Made by a program: the position numbers and the translations under genes
In this document: piece after piece, positions 47,424-56,253 of the stretch
Numbering within the stretch: position 1 is the first letter of the stretch
How the letters are laid out: each line of letters starts with the position of its first letter
Source: Patescibacteria group bacterium
GTDB taxonomy: Bacteria > Patescibacteriota > Minisyncoccia > Phycocordibacterales > JAKAEA01
Assembly (NCBI GenBank): GCA_040387855.1
Contig: JAZKCY010000001.1
Location: forward strand, 445,857-509,856
Direction: 5' to 3'
Length of the DNA: 64,000 nt
The notes under the pieces: model-generated
Told to the model about the DNA's origin: nothing
Database searches by the model: none
The model's input: only the letters and a program-made list of their open reading frames with translations

Positions 47424-48707
47424 TTATTTTAATATTTCTTTAACTTCTGTTTTTAGCTCACCCTGGTATGTTTTAATATCTAGCTCATCCCCTATTTTCA
47501 CATTTCCAGTATCTCTCAGAGCTTTACCCTTTAATCTCACAATGCTATACCCTAGTTTTAGCTGCCGTTCTGGATTGAGGAGTTCTAATTCTTTCTCTCG
47601 GCTATTTAAAAATGTATTTATGTTTGTTGTTGCTTTTATAAAGCTGTTTGAAAGATTTTTTGCCTGAGTCTCTACACGCGTCTGTAATTCTTTTATTCTA
47701 TAGCCTATTTTACTTATTCCACCTGTGAAAGAATTTTGCATCATCTTAAACCTCTCAAAAATAGTCGTAAACTTATCTTGCATAAGTCCAGCTGCTCGTT
47801 CTAAATATATTTTTCGTTTTGCCAGAATTTGTGTGAACGAATTTAAGATCTGCTTTTCTTGAAGGAGTACTCTAGACAATGCCTGTTCCCATGATTTATT
47901 TAACAGCTGGGTTACTGCAGTAGGAGTTGATACCATATGGTCAGCCACAAGACTCACTAAACATATATCTTTATCATGGCCAATACCTGCAATTACCGGT
48001 GCTGGGAAATCTGCTATTTCTCGTACAAGCATTTCATTATTGAATGCAGCAAATGATTCGAGTGACCCTCCTCCTCGCATGATTACTAACACATCTATGT
48101 CTTTATTTTTTAATGTTCTCACAGCAGCTATTAAGTCAGTAATAGCAATCTGTCCTTCTACTCGTGAATTAACAAAACTAATTTCATAGCCAAATTTTCC
48201 AATATTAGTTGTGAAATCACTAATCACCGCTCCATCTTTAGATGTGATCACTCCAATTTTGTGAGGATACTCAGGAACAGGTCGCTTCTTTTCAGCATTC
48301 ATGAGCCCTTCTTTCTCAAGCTTTTGTTTCAACTTATCATATGCTTTCTTGAGTGCGCCTTCTCCCACTAATGCAATAGTCTCTGTCTGGAAAGAAATAG
48401 ATCCGTTAGGTTCATAGATTTTTGTAAATCCAGAAATCGCTACTTCAAGTCCATCAGCTAATTCAATTCCAGAAATATCAAGACTTCGCTTCCACATGAA
48501 GCAATTCATGACAGCATTGGCTTCTTTATCTTTAATAGAAAAATATAAATAACTACGGCCAGAATATAATTTGAGATTTACTACTTCACCAATGACTTTG
48601 CCCTTAATATTTTTAAGGTTGTTGTTGAGCATTGTTAAATACTCAGCCACAGTCATATTTTGTGGCTCGTTTGATTCGTCAAAATTGAAACTCAGTCCGG
48701 AATTCAT
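47424..48707 (-). CDS. xseA: Exodeoxyribonuclease VII large subunit
   Basis: YFSIKD, IGVITS..GA, RGGGSLE, GIGHDKD, TPTA. Confidence 0.93.
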   Translation of the reverse strand: MNSGLSFNFDESNEPQNMTVAEYLTMLNNNLKNIKGKVIGEVVNLKLYSGRSYLYFSIKDKEANAVMNCFMWKRSLDISGIELADGLEVAISGFTKIYEPNGSISFQTETIALVGEGALKKAYDKLKQKLEKEGLMNAEKKRPVPEYPHKIGVITSKDGAVISDFTTNIGKFGYEISFVNSRVEGQIAITDLIAAVRTLKNKDIDVLVIMRGGGSLESFAAFNNEMLVREIADFPAPVIAGIGHDKDICLVSLVADHMVSTPTAVTQLLNKSWEQALSRVLLQEKQILNSFTQILAKRKIYLERAAGLMQDKFTTIFERFKMMQNSFTGGISKIGYRIKELQTRVETQAKNLSNSFIKATTNINTFLNSREKELELLNPERQLKLGYSIVRLKGKALRDTGNVKIGDELDIKTYQGELKTEVKEILK

Positions 48708-48743
48708 GGGCTTATTATATAGGTTTTTAAGGATTATTTATAT

Positions 48744-48772
48744 TTGACTATAAGTAATATATATGCTATAAT
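48744..48772 (+). promoter_or_regulatory. Near-consensus sigma70 promoter of the ribozyme-containing cassette
   Basis: TTGACT-17-TATAAT with extended TG. Confidence 0.75.
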
Positions 48773-48798
48773 ACAGACCGTTACATTTTGGAGGGAAC

Positions 48799-49074
48799 GT
48801 GAAGGATAGCACCTCAAAATGGATGGCTGTAACGGGTGCAATGGGGGTTTCATTTTTCCTCATCGCAAACTTTACCTCCATCTTCCATGGATCAGCTGTA
48901 ATTGCTGGAATGATTCAACTCTGTGTGAATGCATGTGTCTTCTTAGTTTGGACCAAAGCTTTTAGAAACAGGTCTGGAAAAAGAAGATGGTTTGCATTCT
49001 GCGGAGTTATCTTTCCAGTGATCATGGCAAGCATTACTATATGCCGAGTACTGCTTCCCTGGATGTCCAAGTAA
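48799..49074 (+). CDS. Small 3-TM hypothetical protein
   Basis: GGAGG SD, GTG start. Confidence 0.65.
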   Translation: MKDSTSKWMAVTGAMGVSFFLIANFTSIFHGSAVIAGMIQLCVNACVFLVWTKAFRNRSGKRRWFAFCGVIFPVIMASITICRVLLPWMSK

Positions 49075-49112
49075 GGCATTCGCTCTTTAGAAACTCAAAC
49101 TGAGGATTGGTC

Positions 49113-49460
49113 ATGAAAACCAAATCGTTCGTGTTGGCGCCTCATCAGGTGAACTCCGGTACGGGCCAGACCATGATCAACCAGTGGCTCGCTGAACAGC
49201 AGCTCAAGATCACCAGCGTTCAGCTCACCGAGTTCAACGGTGATCTCATCGTGATCCTGATCTACAAGCCGCGCCTGACGCCGGCCAGGAACTTCGTCGA
49301 GGTGATGTCGTTCTCGATGGCCACGGTCAACGCGTACCAAATCGACACGAAGGTCGAGGCGGTCCAGCGCGAAAAGGGTGAATTTCACCACATCGAGTCC
49401 ATCGCCTTCAACGGCGAGCTCGTCATGGTGCTGCAGTACTCGAGAGTTGTTCCTCGTTAA
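49113..49460 (+). CDS. Hypothetical protein with two tandem ~55-aa Cse60/DUF2758-like units
   Basis: GAGG SD; internal repeat FNGDLIVILIY / FNGELVMVLQY. Confidence 0.65.
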   Translation: MKTKSFVLAPHQVNSGTGQTMINQWLAEQQLKITSVQLTEFNGDLIVILIYKPRLTPARNFVEVMSFSMATVNAYQIDTKVEAVQREKGEFHHIESIAFNGELVMVLQYSRVVPR

Positions 49461-49519
49461 ACAAGCAACAAGGTTTATGCATACCATTGAATGCATACGG
49501 TGCCAACGACGTTACTTGG

Positions 49520-49569
49520 CTGCTCTCGAGATGTAGTCTCGACTGATGAGTCCAACAGGACGAAAGCAG
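49520..49569 (+). ncRNA. Type III hammerhead ribozyme
   Basis: CTGC-T-C^ stem I TCGAGA(tgtag)TCTCGA, CTGATGA, stem II GTCC(aaca)GGAC, GAAA, GCAG; all core nucleotides and three helices present. Confidence 0.9.
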
Positions 49570-49620
49570 AGTTTAGACCCGTTCTTTTATTTCAAGTGTT
49601 TCAGGAAAGGTAGGCATCGC

Positions 49621-49968
49621 GTGCCCGCAACGGATACGAACAAGAAGCAGACTGCTTCTCGCCCGAAGACCGACCGATATGGTATCGTGCTCGGTCAACC
49701 GCATCCCGATTTCGAGCAGGTCCGAGACCTGGCTCGGGAGCTCGGTGTGAAGATCGAGCAGGACGGCAAGCTGTGGACCATGACCGGATTCGACCGGAAG
49801 GTCTGCTACTACGCGCACAACCGGTGCGTTCGGCTCGAAAACGATGAGATGGGAAACCGCGAGGGAGACTTCGCGATCGCCATCACGCTGGTCCTGACGG
49901 GCAAGTACCCGCTGACCAACGACGAGCTGCGTCTCAGCCGCACGATCCGCCACATGCTCTACAAGTAG
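49621..49968 (+). CDS. Hypothetical protein downstream of the hammerhead
   Basis: GC-rich codons; probable GTG start at 49621 (the ORF-track start at 49546 lies inside the ribozyme core). Confidence 0.6.
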   Translation: MPATDTNKKQTASRPKTDRYGIVLGQPHPDFEQVRDLARELGVKIEQDGKLWTMTGFDRKVCYYAHNRCVRLENDEMGNREGDFAIAITLVLTGKYPLTNDELRLSRTIRHMLYK

Positions 49969-50123
49969 TAGAATCTGACCAAGGTATGTACAACCTTTTT
50001 TGTACACGGTTTCGGAGTGCCGTTTCACTCCTACCCCCGCGCTTAATTGTGCGGGGTTTCGTTTTATATACACTTGATTTTGAGATAACGCTGTGTAGTA
50101 TGCTTAAGAGAGGAGGCTTGCCC

Positions 50124-50294
50124 ATGAAAAGTGAAGTCTTTGTATTCCCCATTGCCACACTCGTACTTGATGAGGTAGGCTGTGCCGTCGTTGATTGGCT
50201 CAATAAAAACGGAGGCACATTCGTGACGGCCTACGGCATGAATCACAACGGGAACATGCTTCTCATTGTGATTTATGATCCAGCACCGACTTAA
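50124..50294 (+). CDS. Single-unit Cse60/DUF2758-like small protein
   Basis: AGGAGG SD; promoter TTGATT-16-TAGTAT; VVDWLNKN...HNGNMLLIVIY resembles the units of 49113-49460. Confidence 0.6.
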   Translation: MKSEVFVFPIATLVLDEVGCAVVDWLNKNGGTFVTAYGMNHNGNMLLIVIYDPAPT

Positions 50295-50327
50295 GGAGTA
50301 ACCTTAGTCGGTTTTTTATTTGGAAAA

Positions 50328-51581
50328 CTATACTGCCTCTCCCCAATACGGAATTCCCATGCGAAGCCATAGTGCATCTTGTTTCATTTTTTTTGATTCA
50401 GGATTTTGTTTTGAGAATTTGTTGCGAGATGCAAGGCTTGCTGCCAAAAAGATAGATCCTTTCCCCCATTTTTCAAACACGCTATCAACTGTTTTATAGA
50501 GTTCTAGTTTTACATCGCTTTCTTCTTGCATTCCAAATAAATCAAACTGGTACACAGAAGCATCACGAATACTATGAAGCACAATTCCTGTAGCCCTATA
50601 TGTATATTCTTTCCTTAAAATAGCATCAAATTCTTTTCCAATTGCGTTCATAATGTGTGAAGGAGTTGCTATCGGTGCAGTAAAAGTAATTTCTTTTCCA
50701 AAATATCTAAACGTTTCTTGAGTCTTTATATAAAAAGACACAGCCTTTGCTTTCAAATTATTTCTCCGTAATTTAAGACATGCTTTTTCAGCATTTTTTG
50801 CGAGCTCTGAAAGCAGCGCATTTTTATCATTAGTATGAGGTCGAAATGTTCGCGTTGCTCTAATGGATTGATGCTTTTCATGATGACCATCACGCACTCT
50901 ATGCATAGTAATCCCATTGAGCTCATACCAAAGTTCTTGTGAAGGCTTGGCTAAGTGTTCTTCAACCCAATTTTGCGGTTTCATCGCAAATTCTAAAGCT
51001 GTAGCAACCTTCATTTTTTGAAACCAGGCTGATAGGCTTGAGCCAATCCCCCATACCGCACCAATAGGTACTTTTTCCAGAAATGCTGCAATATCTTGTT
51101 GTTGCATTGCAGTAAAGCCTGCAGGCTTTTTCCATTTTGAAGCAACTTTTGCAAGGGTTTTTGTATGTGCCAATCCAAGAGAAAATGTCATGCCCAAGTC
51201 TTGTTCGAGATCTTGTTTTATTTTATGAGCAATTACAGTAAGCTCTTCCCAGGTCTCACCTGAAAGAATTCCAAAGCATTCATCAACACTATATTCTTCT
51301 ACCAACAGCGCATGACGTTTCACTATAGAGTACATTCTTCGAGAGTAGACTTTATATAAATCATAATTGCCAGGCATGATAATGACATTTGGAATGAGTT
51401 TTTTAATTTCACTCATGAGCATGCCGCGACTTACTCCCAACGCTTTTGCCTCATAGGTAAGAGCAATGGCCATGCCCTTTTCTTGTCCCGTTACTACAGG
51501 TTTACCACGAAGTCGTTCGTTTTGGGCAACTTCACATGAAGCAAAAAATGCATCTCCATCAATATGGACAATCGCTTTCAT
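50328..51581 (-). CDS. dinB: Y-family DNA polymerase (DinB/Pol IV)
   Basis: HIDGDAFFAS, YEAKALGV, YSVDE, LAKVAS..KKP.G, VWGIG; ATGA overlap with the upstream gene. Confidence 0.9.
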   Translation of the reverse strand: MKAIVHIDGDAFFASCEVAQNERLRGKPVVTGQEKGMAIALTYEAKALGVSRGMLMSEIKKLIPNVIIMPGNYDLYKVYSRRMYSIVKRHALLVEEYSVDECFGILSGETWEELTVIAHKIKQDLEQDLGMTFSLGLAHTKTLAKVASKWKKPAGFTAMQQQDIAAFLEKVPIGAVWGIGSSLSAWFQKMKVATALEFAMKPQNWVEEHLAKPSQELWYELNGITMHRVRDGHHEKHQSIRATRTFRPHTNDKNALLSELAKNAEKACLKLRRNNLKAKAVSFYIKTQETFRYFGKEITFTAPIATPSHIMNAIGKEFDAILRKEYTYRATGIVLHSIRDASVYQFDLFGMQEESDVKLELYKTVDSVFEKWGKGSIFLAASLASRNKFSKQNPESKKMKQDALWLRMGIPYWGEAV

Positions 51582-52117
51582 GAAATTTGAATATAATCTC
51601 GTTTCAAACGCATTCGAAGTTCTTTGTAGTGTGGGAGAACTTGAGCTACCAATGCCCAAAAGTTTTTACCATGATTCATTTCTTTTAAGTGACACAATTC
51701 ATGGACAACAATATAGTCTGCTAAATCTTGAGGGATTTTTACTAATCCATAATTAAAATTGAGATTACCCTTAGCAGAGCAACTTCCCCATCGAGAACTT
51801 TGATTTTTAATCCGAATATCTTTAAAGGGAAACTTATATATTTGATTAAAATACAGCACTCGTTCGGTAATCATTTTTCGGGCCGCTTCTTTGTGAGCAA
51901 GATAATCAGCTCTTGTTTGTTTAAGCGTGGTTTTGCCTTCAAATTGCTTTTTAAGACGTGCTTGTGCTTGAAGTATCCAAGGTTCCTTCTCCTTCAAAAA
52001 ACGCAAAGCAAGAGCCTCTGGAGCCTTTAAAGGCATGGTGACAACAACCTCACCGCTAGCCTTTACGCTGATGCTAATTCTTCGAGATCTTTTGGTTTTT
52101 TTGAGGGTATATTCCAT
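51578..52117 (-). CDS. YgjP/DUF45 (M48-like) metallohydrolase
   Basis: SRWGSCS, YIVVHELCHL..MNH...FW. Confidence 0.9.
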   Translation of the reverse strand: MEYTLKKTKRSRRISISVKASGEVVVTMPLKAPEALALRFLKEKEPWILQAQARLKKQFEGKTTLKQTRADYLAHKEAARKMITERVLYFNQIYKFPFKDIRIKNQSSRWGSCSAKGNLNFNYGLVKIPQDLADYIVVHELCHLKEMNHGKNFWALVAQVLPHYKELRMRLKRDYIQIS

Positions 52118-52189
52118 GGATGAGCTCGCTATTGACTAATTGTTATATAAATTGTAGGATATTGATCGGTTCGTTTCAGGAGACCACGG

Positions 52190-52546
52190 ATGGTTGATAC
52201 CGTTCACATAGATCGCGGTGAAATTCATGACTGGGAAGAGCAGTTCCTAAAGGATCTGCTGGGATCTCTCTACAAGGACTACAAGGATCGAGATCTGCTG
52301 CCCAAGACTCGCAACCAGATGTCGGATGGTTTTGCTCGATTGAGGAGCCATCTGACTCCGCGCCAGTGGGACATTCTTCAGTCCAAGTATGGCATCAATG
52401 CGTATGCCTGGGGTCATGAAGACTCTGATGTTGCGGAAGAGTTTGAGTGCACGATCGATCATGTGAGATCTATCATCGCCCAAGCCTTCCAAAAACTTCG
52501 GCACCGATATGCCCCCTTGGACTGTTTGTTGGTCACCCCGGAGTAA
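52190..52546 (+). CDS. Stand-alone sigma70 region-4-like protein, GC-rich cassette
   Basis: LTPRQWDILQSKYGI...DVAEEFECT...VRSIIAQAFQKLRH; AGGAG SD; promoter TTGACT-17-TAGGAT at 52132-52160. Confidence 0.7.
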   Translation: MVDTVHIDRGEIHDWEEQFLKDLLGSLYKDYKDRDLLPKTRNQMSDGFARLRSHLTPRQWDILQSKYGINAYAWGHEDSDVAEEFECTIDHVRSIIAQAFQKLRHRYAPLDCLLVTPE

Positions 52547-52574
52547 TCCGCAGGCTTCCCAGCTTTCGGATTTT

Positions 52575-53741
52575 TTATTTGGTTTCTTTTTTAGGTGCAT
52601 CGGGTTTTTTATAATACGTCTTCCCTTTCAATTCATCTGGCAACAAATCTTCTTTTGTATACCGCTCGTATCCCTTTCCATATCCTACCTCTTTCATAAG
52701 TTTTGTGGGAGCGTTTCTTATTTTCATTGGTATCGGCAAATTGCCGTGAGCTTTCACATCATCGAGTGCTTCAAAGTATGCTTCATAAGCATGCTTACTT
52801 TTGGGAGACTTTGCCATGTAAACCGTACCGTGAGCAAGATTGATTTGGGCTTCAGGCATGCCAATAGTATCAACAGCCTGAAACACTGCATTAGCAAGTG
52901 TAAGCGCATGAGGATTTGCCATTCCAATATCTTCTGAAGCAAATATAACTAATCTGCGAGCAATAAATTTTGGATCTTCTCCAGCATCAGTCATGCGGGC
53001 TAAATAATGCAATGCTGCATCTGGTTGTGATGCTCGCATACTTTTTATAAATGCACTAATAGTGTTGTAGTGTTCTTCGCCTTTTTTATCAAATCTAAGA
53101 AACTTACTTTGGAGAGTGTTTTTTAAGTTTTCGAGAGTAATAGTATCTGCATAGAGTCGCCCAGTATTTTCAATCATTGTAATAGCTTGGCGGGCATCAC
53201 CATTGGCCATGCCTATGAGCCATTCTCGAGCTTCAGGATCGAGCTTCTTCCCTGTTCTATCTATGATCTTTTGCATGTCTTCATCACTGAGTTCATTTAA
53301 AATGAAAACTCTACATCGTGATAGAAGCGCTGGGATTACTTCAAAGCTTGGGTTTTCTGTTGTTGCTCCAATGAGTGTGAGTTCTCCTGATTCAACAAAA
53401 GGCAGCAAGAAATCCTGCTGAGCTTTATTAAATCTATGAATCTCATCTAAGAATAAAACTTTAGGTTTTATAGTAAGTAAACTTCTTTGTTCTGCTATCT
53501 TTCTAATATCATCTTTGCCTGCAGATACGGCTGAGAGCTCATAGAAATCAGCGTTCAGTGCATTTGCATAGATGCGGGCAATAGTTGTTTTCCCTACCCC
53601 TGGCGGTCCCCATAAGACAAAAGAAAATAAGTGCTTACCTTCTATAGCTTTCCGTAATGGTTTGTTGGGACCAATGAGATGTTGTTGGCCAACATACTCG
53701 TGAAGTTCTTTTGGTCGAATTTTTGATGCTAAGGGTTCCAT
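52575..53741 (-). CDS. rarA: Replication-associated recombination protein A (MgsA/RarA)
   Basis: PLASKIRP, WGPPGVGKTT, DEIHRFNKAQQD, ISAFIKSMR, ASEDIG. Confidence 0.95.
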   Translation of the reverse strand: MEPLASKIRPKELHEYVGQQHLIGPNKPLRKAIEGKHLFSFVLWGPPGVGKTTIARIYANALNADFYELSAVSAGKDDIRKIAEQRSLLTIKPKVLFLDEIHRFNKAQQDFLLPFVESGELTLIGATTENPSFEVIPALLSRCRVFILNELSDEDMQKIIDRTGKKLDPEAREWLIGMANGDARQAITMIENTGRLYADTITLENLKNTLQSKFLRFDKKGEEHYNTISAFIKSMRASQPDAALHYLARMTDAGEDPKFIARRLVIFASEDIGMANPHALTLANAVFQAVDTIGMPEAQINLAHGTVYMAKSPKSKHAYEAYFEALDDVKAHGNLPIPMKIRNAPTKLMKEVGYGKGYERYTKEDLLPDELKGKTYYKKPDAPKKETK

Positions 53742-53743
53742 AG

Positions 53744-54004
53744 CTAAAATTTATGTATGTCCCTATTCATTTTTGCTATGAGCGCCTCTCGAATCGACTC
53801 ACTCTCTTGGATGATGGGTTCACGTTTTTCATCATCACTATTTGTAGAGAGACTTTCAATAAGTTTTTTAGACGCATCAAATAAGTTGTTCGCATAATGG
53901 TGTATTTTTTGGTTCCGTGATAATAATTTAATTTTCCAGATGGGCTTCTCTATGTATGACGCTTCAATGTACATTTTCTGTATGATAATTATTATGTAGT
54001 CCAA
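53744..54004 (-). CDS. Hypothetical protein
   Basis: Fills the operon gap; start uncertain (54004 or 53974). Confidence 0.4.
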   Translation of the reverse strand: MDYIIIIIQKMYIEASYIEKPIWKIKLLSRNQKIHHYANNLFDASKKLIESLSTNSDDEKREPIIQESESIREALIAKMNRDIHKF

Positions 54005-54453
54005 CCGACTTCAGAATAAAATACTTTATTCTTGTAGCACTCAATCATGTGTTTTACATAATCAATAGTTTGTTCAGGAATTTCATTCAGATCTACCCAT
54101 AGAAGTTCATCACATTTATCTGGTTCCATTATTGTAGGTTCACCCTGCCATGTGCTTACCGTAAAGAAGAAGTCGATATATTCTCTGGGAATATTGTCTG
54201 CTTGGATTGGTGAATATCGATCCATAATATGAACACAAGTGAGATCTTTTGCACGCACTACAATCCCAGCTTCCTCCCGAGCTTCTCGTATTGTTGCGTC
54301 TGTAGCTGGCTCATTTCCATCAATATGTCCTGCAACCAAACTATACCAACCATCCATATATCCAGTATTAAATCTTCGAGATAATAAAACCTTATTGTCT
54401 TTTATAGGAAGTAGGTATACAGCAGCATATGGACGAAATTTATCATTCCTCAT
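53992..54453 (-). CDS. Nudix hydrolase
   Basis: AGHIDGNE....TIREAREEAG, EPDKC. Confidence 0.9.
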   Translation of the reverse strand: MRNDKFRPYAAVYLLPIKDNKVLLSRRFNTGYMDGWYSLVAGHIDGNEPATDATIREAREEAGIVVRAKDLTCVHIMDRYSPIQADNIPREYIDFFFTVSTWQGEPTIMEPDKCDELLWVDLNEIPEQTIDYVKHMIECYKNKVFYSEVGWTT

Positions 54454-54461
54454 TGTAAAAA

Positions 54462-54920
54462 TTAGTTAGTACCAAGTTCTTCTAATGCCTTACGTGCGTA
54501 GAACTCTACATCAGGATTGAGATCCATGCTACTGAGCTCATCTGCACTCACCCACTTCCATAAGTCTTCTTTCTTTTCTGGAACTACCTGATCAGAATCA
54601 CTTGTTGCAAAGTAGACAAGTGAAATATGTTCATGCGAAGCATTGATTGCATGCCGGTTCATATAGCGAGGTGGTAGAAGCTCTTTCCGTTCAGGATTGG
54701 AGTACTGTGGTAGTTCTAAGTGAGGGATAAGTGTAATCTGTAATCCCACTTCTTCTTCTACTTCTCGAAAGGCTGCTTCTACAGGATCTTCATCGAGTTC
54801 TATATGCCCTCCAATACTCAACCAAATTTTATACTTATCATGCATCCGCAATAAGACGGTATTCTTGTGAACAATAAATACTTCTACCGTCATATCTATC
54901 TTCTCGTGAATATGAGGCAT
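54462..54920 (-). CDS. Nudix hydrolase
   Basis: GGHIELDEDPVEAAFREVEEEVG. Confidence 0.9.
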   Translation of the reverse strand: MPHIHEKIDMTVEVFIVHKNTVLLRMHDKYKIWLSIGGHIELDEDPVEAAFREVEEEVGLQITLIPHLELPQYSNPERKELLPPRYMNRHAINASHEHISLVYFATSDSDQVVPEKKEDLWKWVSADELSSMDLNPDVEFYARKALEELGTN

Positions 54921-54968
54921 GATGTTGTGTGATTATTGGTTGTAAATATTTGGATTAGTAAGAGAACT

Positions 54969-55169
54969 CTAGAACATCATTGTTGCCATCACTCGCATTG
55001 ATCGAGCAAGGAAGCTACTCTTCTTCATTATTGAAAGTCGTGAAAGAAGAATTTTGTGATGTCGAGCTTCTGCTGTGTAGTTCTTACCTTCAAGAATCTT
55101 TTGATCAATAAGCTTATTAAGTCTTTTGATCTCTACTTTTAGCTGGTGCTTTAATTCTGATTTACTCAT
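54969..55169 (-). CDS. Small basic hypothetical protein directly downstream of lexA
   Basis: 66-aa ORF 19 nt after the lexA stop. Confidence 0.65.
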   Translation of the reverse strand: MSKSELKHQLKVEIKRLNKLIDQKILEGKNYTAEARHHKILLSRLSIMKKSSFLARSMRVMATMMF

Positions 55170-55188
55170 ATATTTTTTGAATTAGTTT

Positions 55189-55764
55189 TTAGTATTTTCG
55201 AATGACTGCTTTTACAACTGCCATAATTTGAAGTTCTTCATTTTCCGCGGGGACTATTGGTTCAAAGTTTACGTTTGCGGGATCGAGCCATATCTTGCCA
55301 TTTCTTTTCCGTAAGAACTTTACCGTATATCCTCCATCTATGAATGCCACCACTATGTCACCATCTTTTGCATCATTTCTCCGTTCTACTATCACCATGT
55401 CTCCGGGTTGAATTCCTGCTTCTATCATTGACTCACCGCTGACTCGTAACATGAATGTTGCTTCCCTATTTCCTATCAGATAATTGTCGAGGCTCATCGT
55501 TTCTGAAAGATCTTCTTCGGCTGGTGTTGGGAATCCGGCTTCAACTGCTCCGAGAATTTTTAATCCTCCTAAGAGCTTTTGCTCTGGCATCAGGCGTCCG
55601 TATGAGTCTTTAGAAACGAATCCGCCTTCTACCAACTTCGCTACTAATTTGAATACTGCGTTCTTAGATTTGAGCCCAAACATATCCATCATTTCGCGAT
55701 ACGAAGGCATGATTTTATTTTCTTCGTAAAACTTTTTTATTTTTTGTTTATATGTCTCGATCAT
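55189..55764 (-). CDS. lexA: LexA/S24 family repressor
   Basis: MPSYREM HTH, EAG cleavage site, VSGESM Ser, TVK Lys. Confidence 0.88.
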   Translation of the reverse strand: MIETYKQKIKKFYEENKIMPSYREMMDMFGLKSKNAVFKLVAKLVEGGFVSKDSYGRLMPEQKLLGGLKILGAVEAGFPTPAEEDLSETMSLDNYLIGNREATFMLRVSGESMIEAGIQPGDMVIVERRNDAKDGDIVVAFIDGGYTVKFLRKRNGKIWLDPANVNFEPIVPAENEELQIMAVVKAVIRKY

Positions 55765-55803
55765 GTTTTTTGTGATGATATGTGGCTCTTTTGTTATGTT
55801 GTA

Positions 55804-55832
55804 AGTATAGGTGAACGATCGTTCACCGTCAA
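55804..55832 (-). promoter_or_regulatory. lexA promoter with SOS-box palindrome in the spacer
   Basis: TTGACG-17-TATACT; perfect 18-bp palindrome GGTGAACGATCGTTCACC (55810-55827). Confidence 0.8.
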
Positions 55833-55905
55833 TGTTAATAACGCATTGCAACACAAATTCTTACAAATAAAAAATCGCGCAGAGGCAGAATGCTTCTGTG
55901 CGATG

Positions 55906-56253
55906 TTAGACTCGGCTCGCGCCGCTGTCGAGCGCGTTGAGCTTGTTTCCTTCGTCACTTCTGTCGAGGATGACTTGCTCACCGCCATCACGTTGTACCA
56001 GCCGCTTCCCGCTGGACTTCTTGCCGCCGGCGCGACCGATCTTGGAGAAGTGTGGCGAGCCATACTTCTCCTTCACCCGCTGGCCACCTTTCTGACCGGC
56101 TGCTCGTGCCTCGTCGGGCGTGAACTCGTGGGCTGTGCCCTGGGCGTGGGCGGCGCGACCACCCAGACGGGCGATCTCTCTGTGCTTGTCGATGTGCATG
56201 GCAGCGAAGCCCCGTTTTGACCGTGGCGTTTCATCTTCTTGTTCGTCTGGCAT
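55906..56253 (-). CDS. KGG-repeat stress-induced protein, GC-rich cassette
   Basis: RGFAAM....HREIARLGG..AH..GTAHEF..DEARAAGQKGG. Confidence 0.88.
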   Translation of the reverse strand: MPDEQEDETPRSKRGFAAMHIDKHREIARLGGRAAHAQGTAHEFTPDEARAAGQKGGQRVKEKYGSPHFSKIGRAGGKKSSGKRLVQRDGGEQVILDRSDEGNKLNALDSGASRV

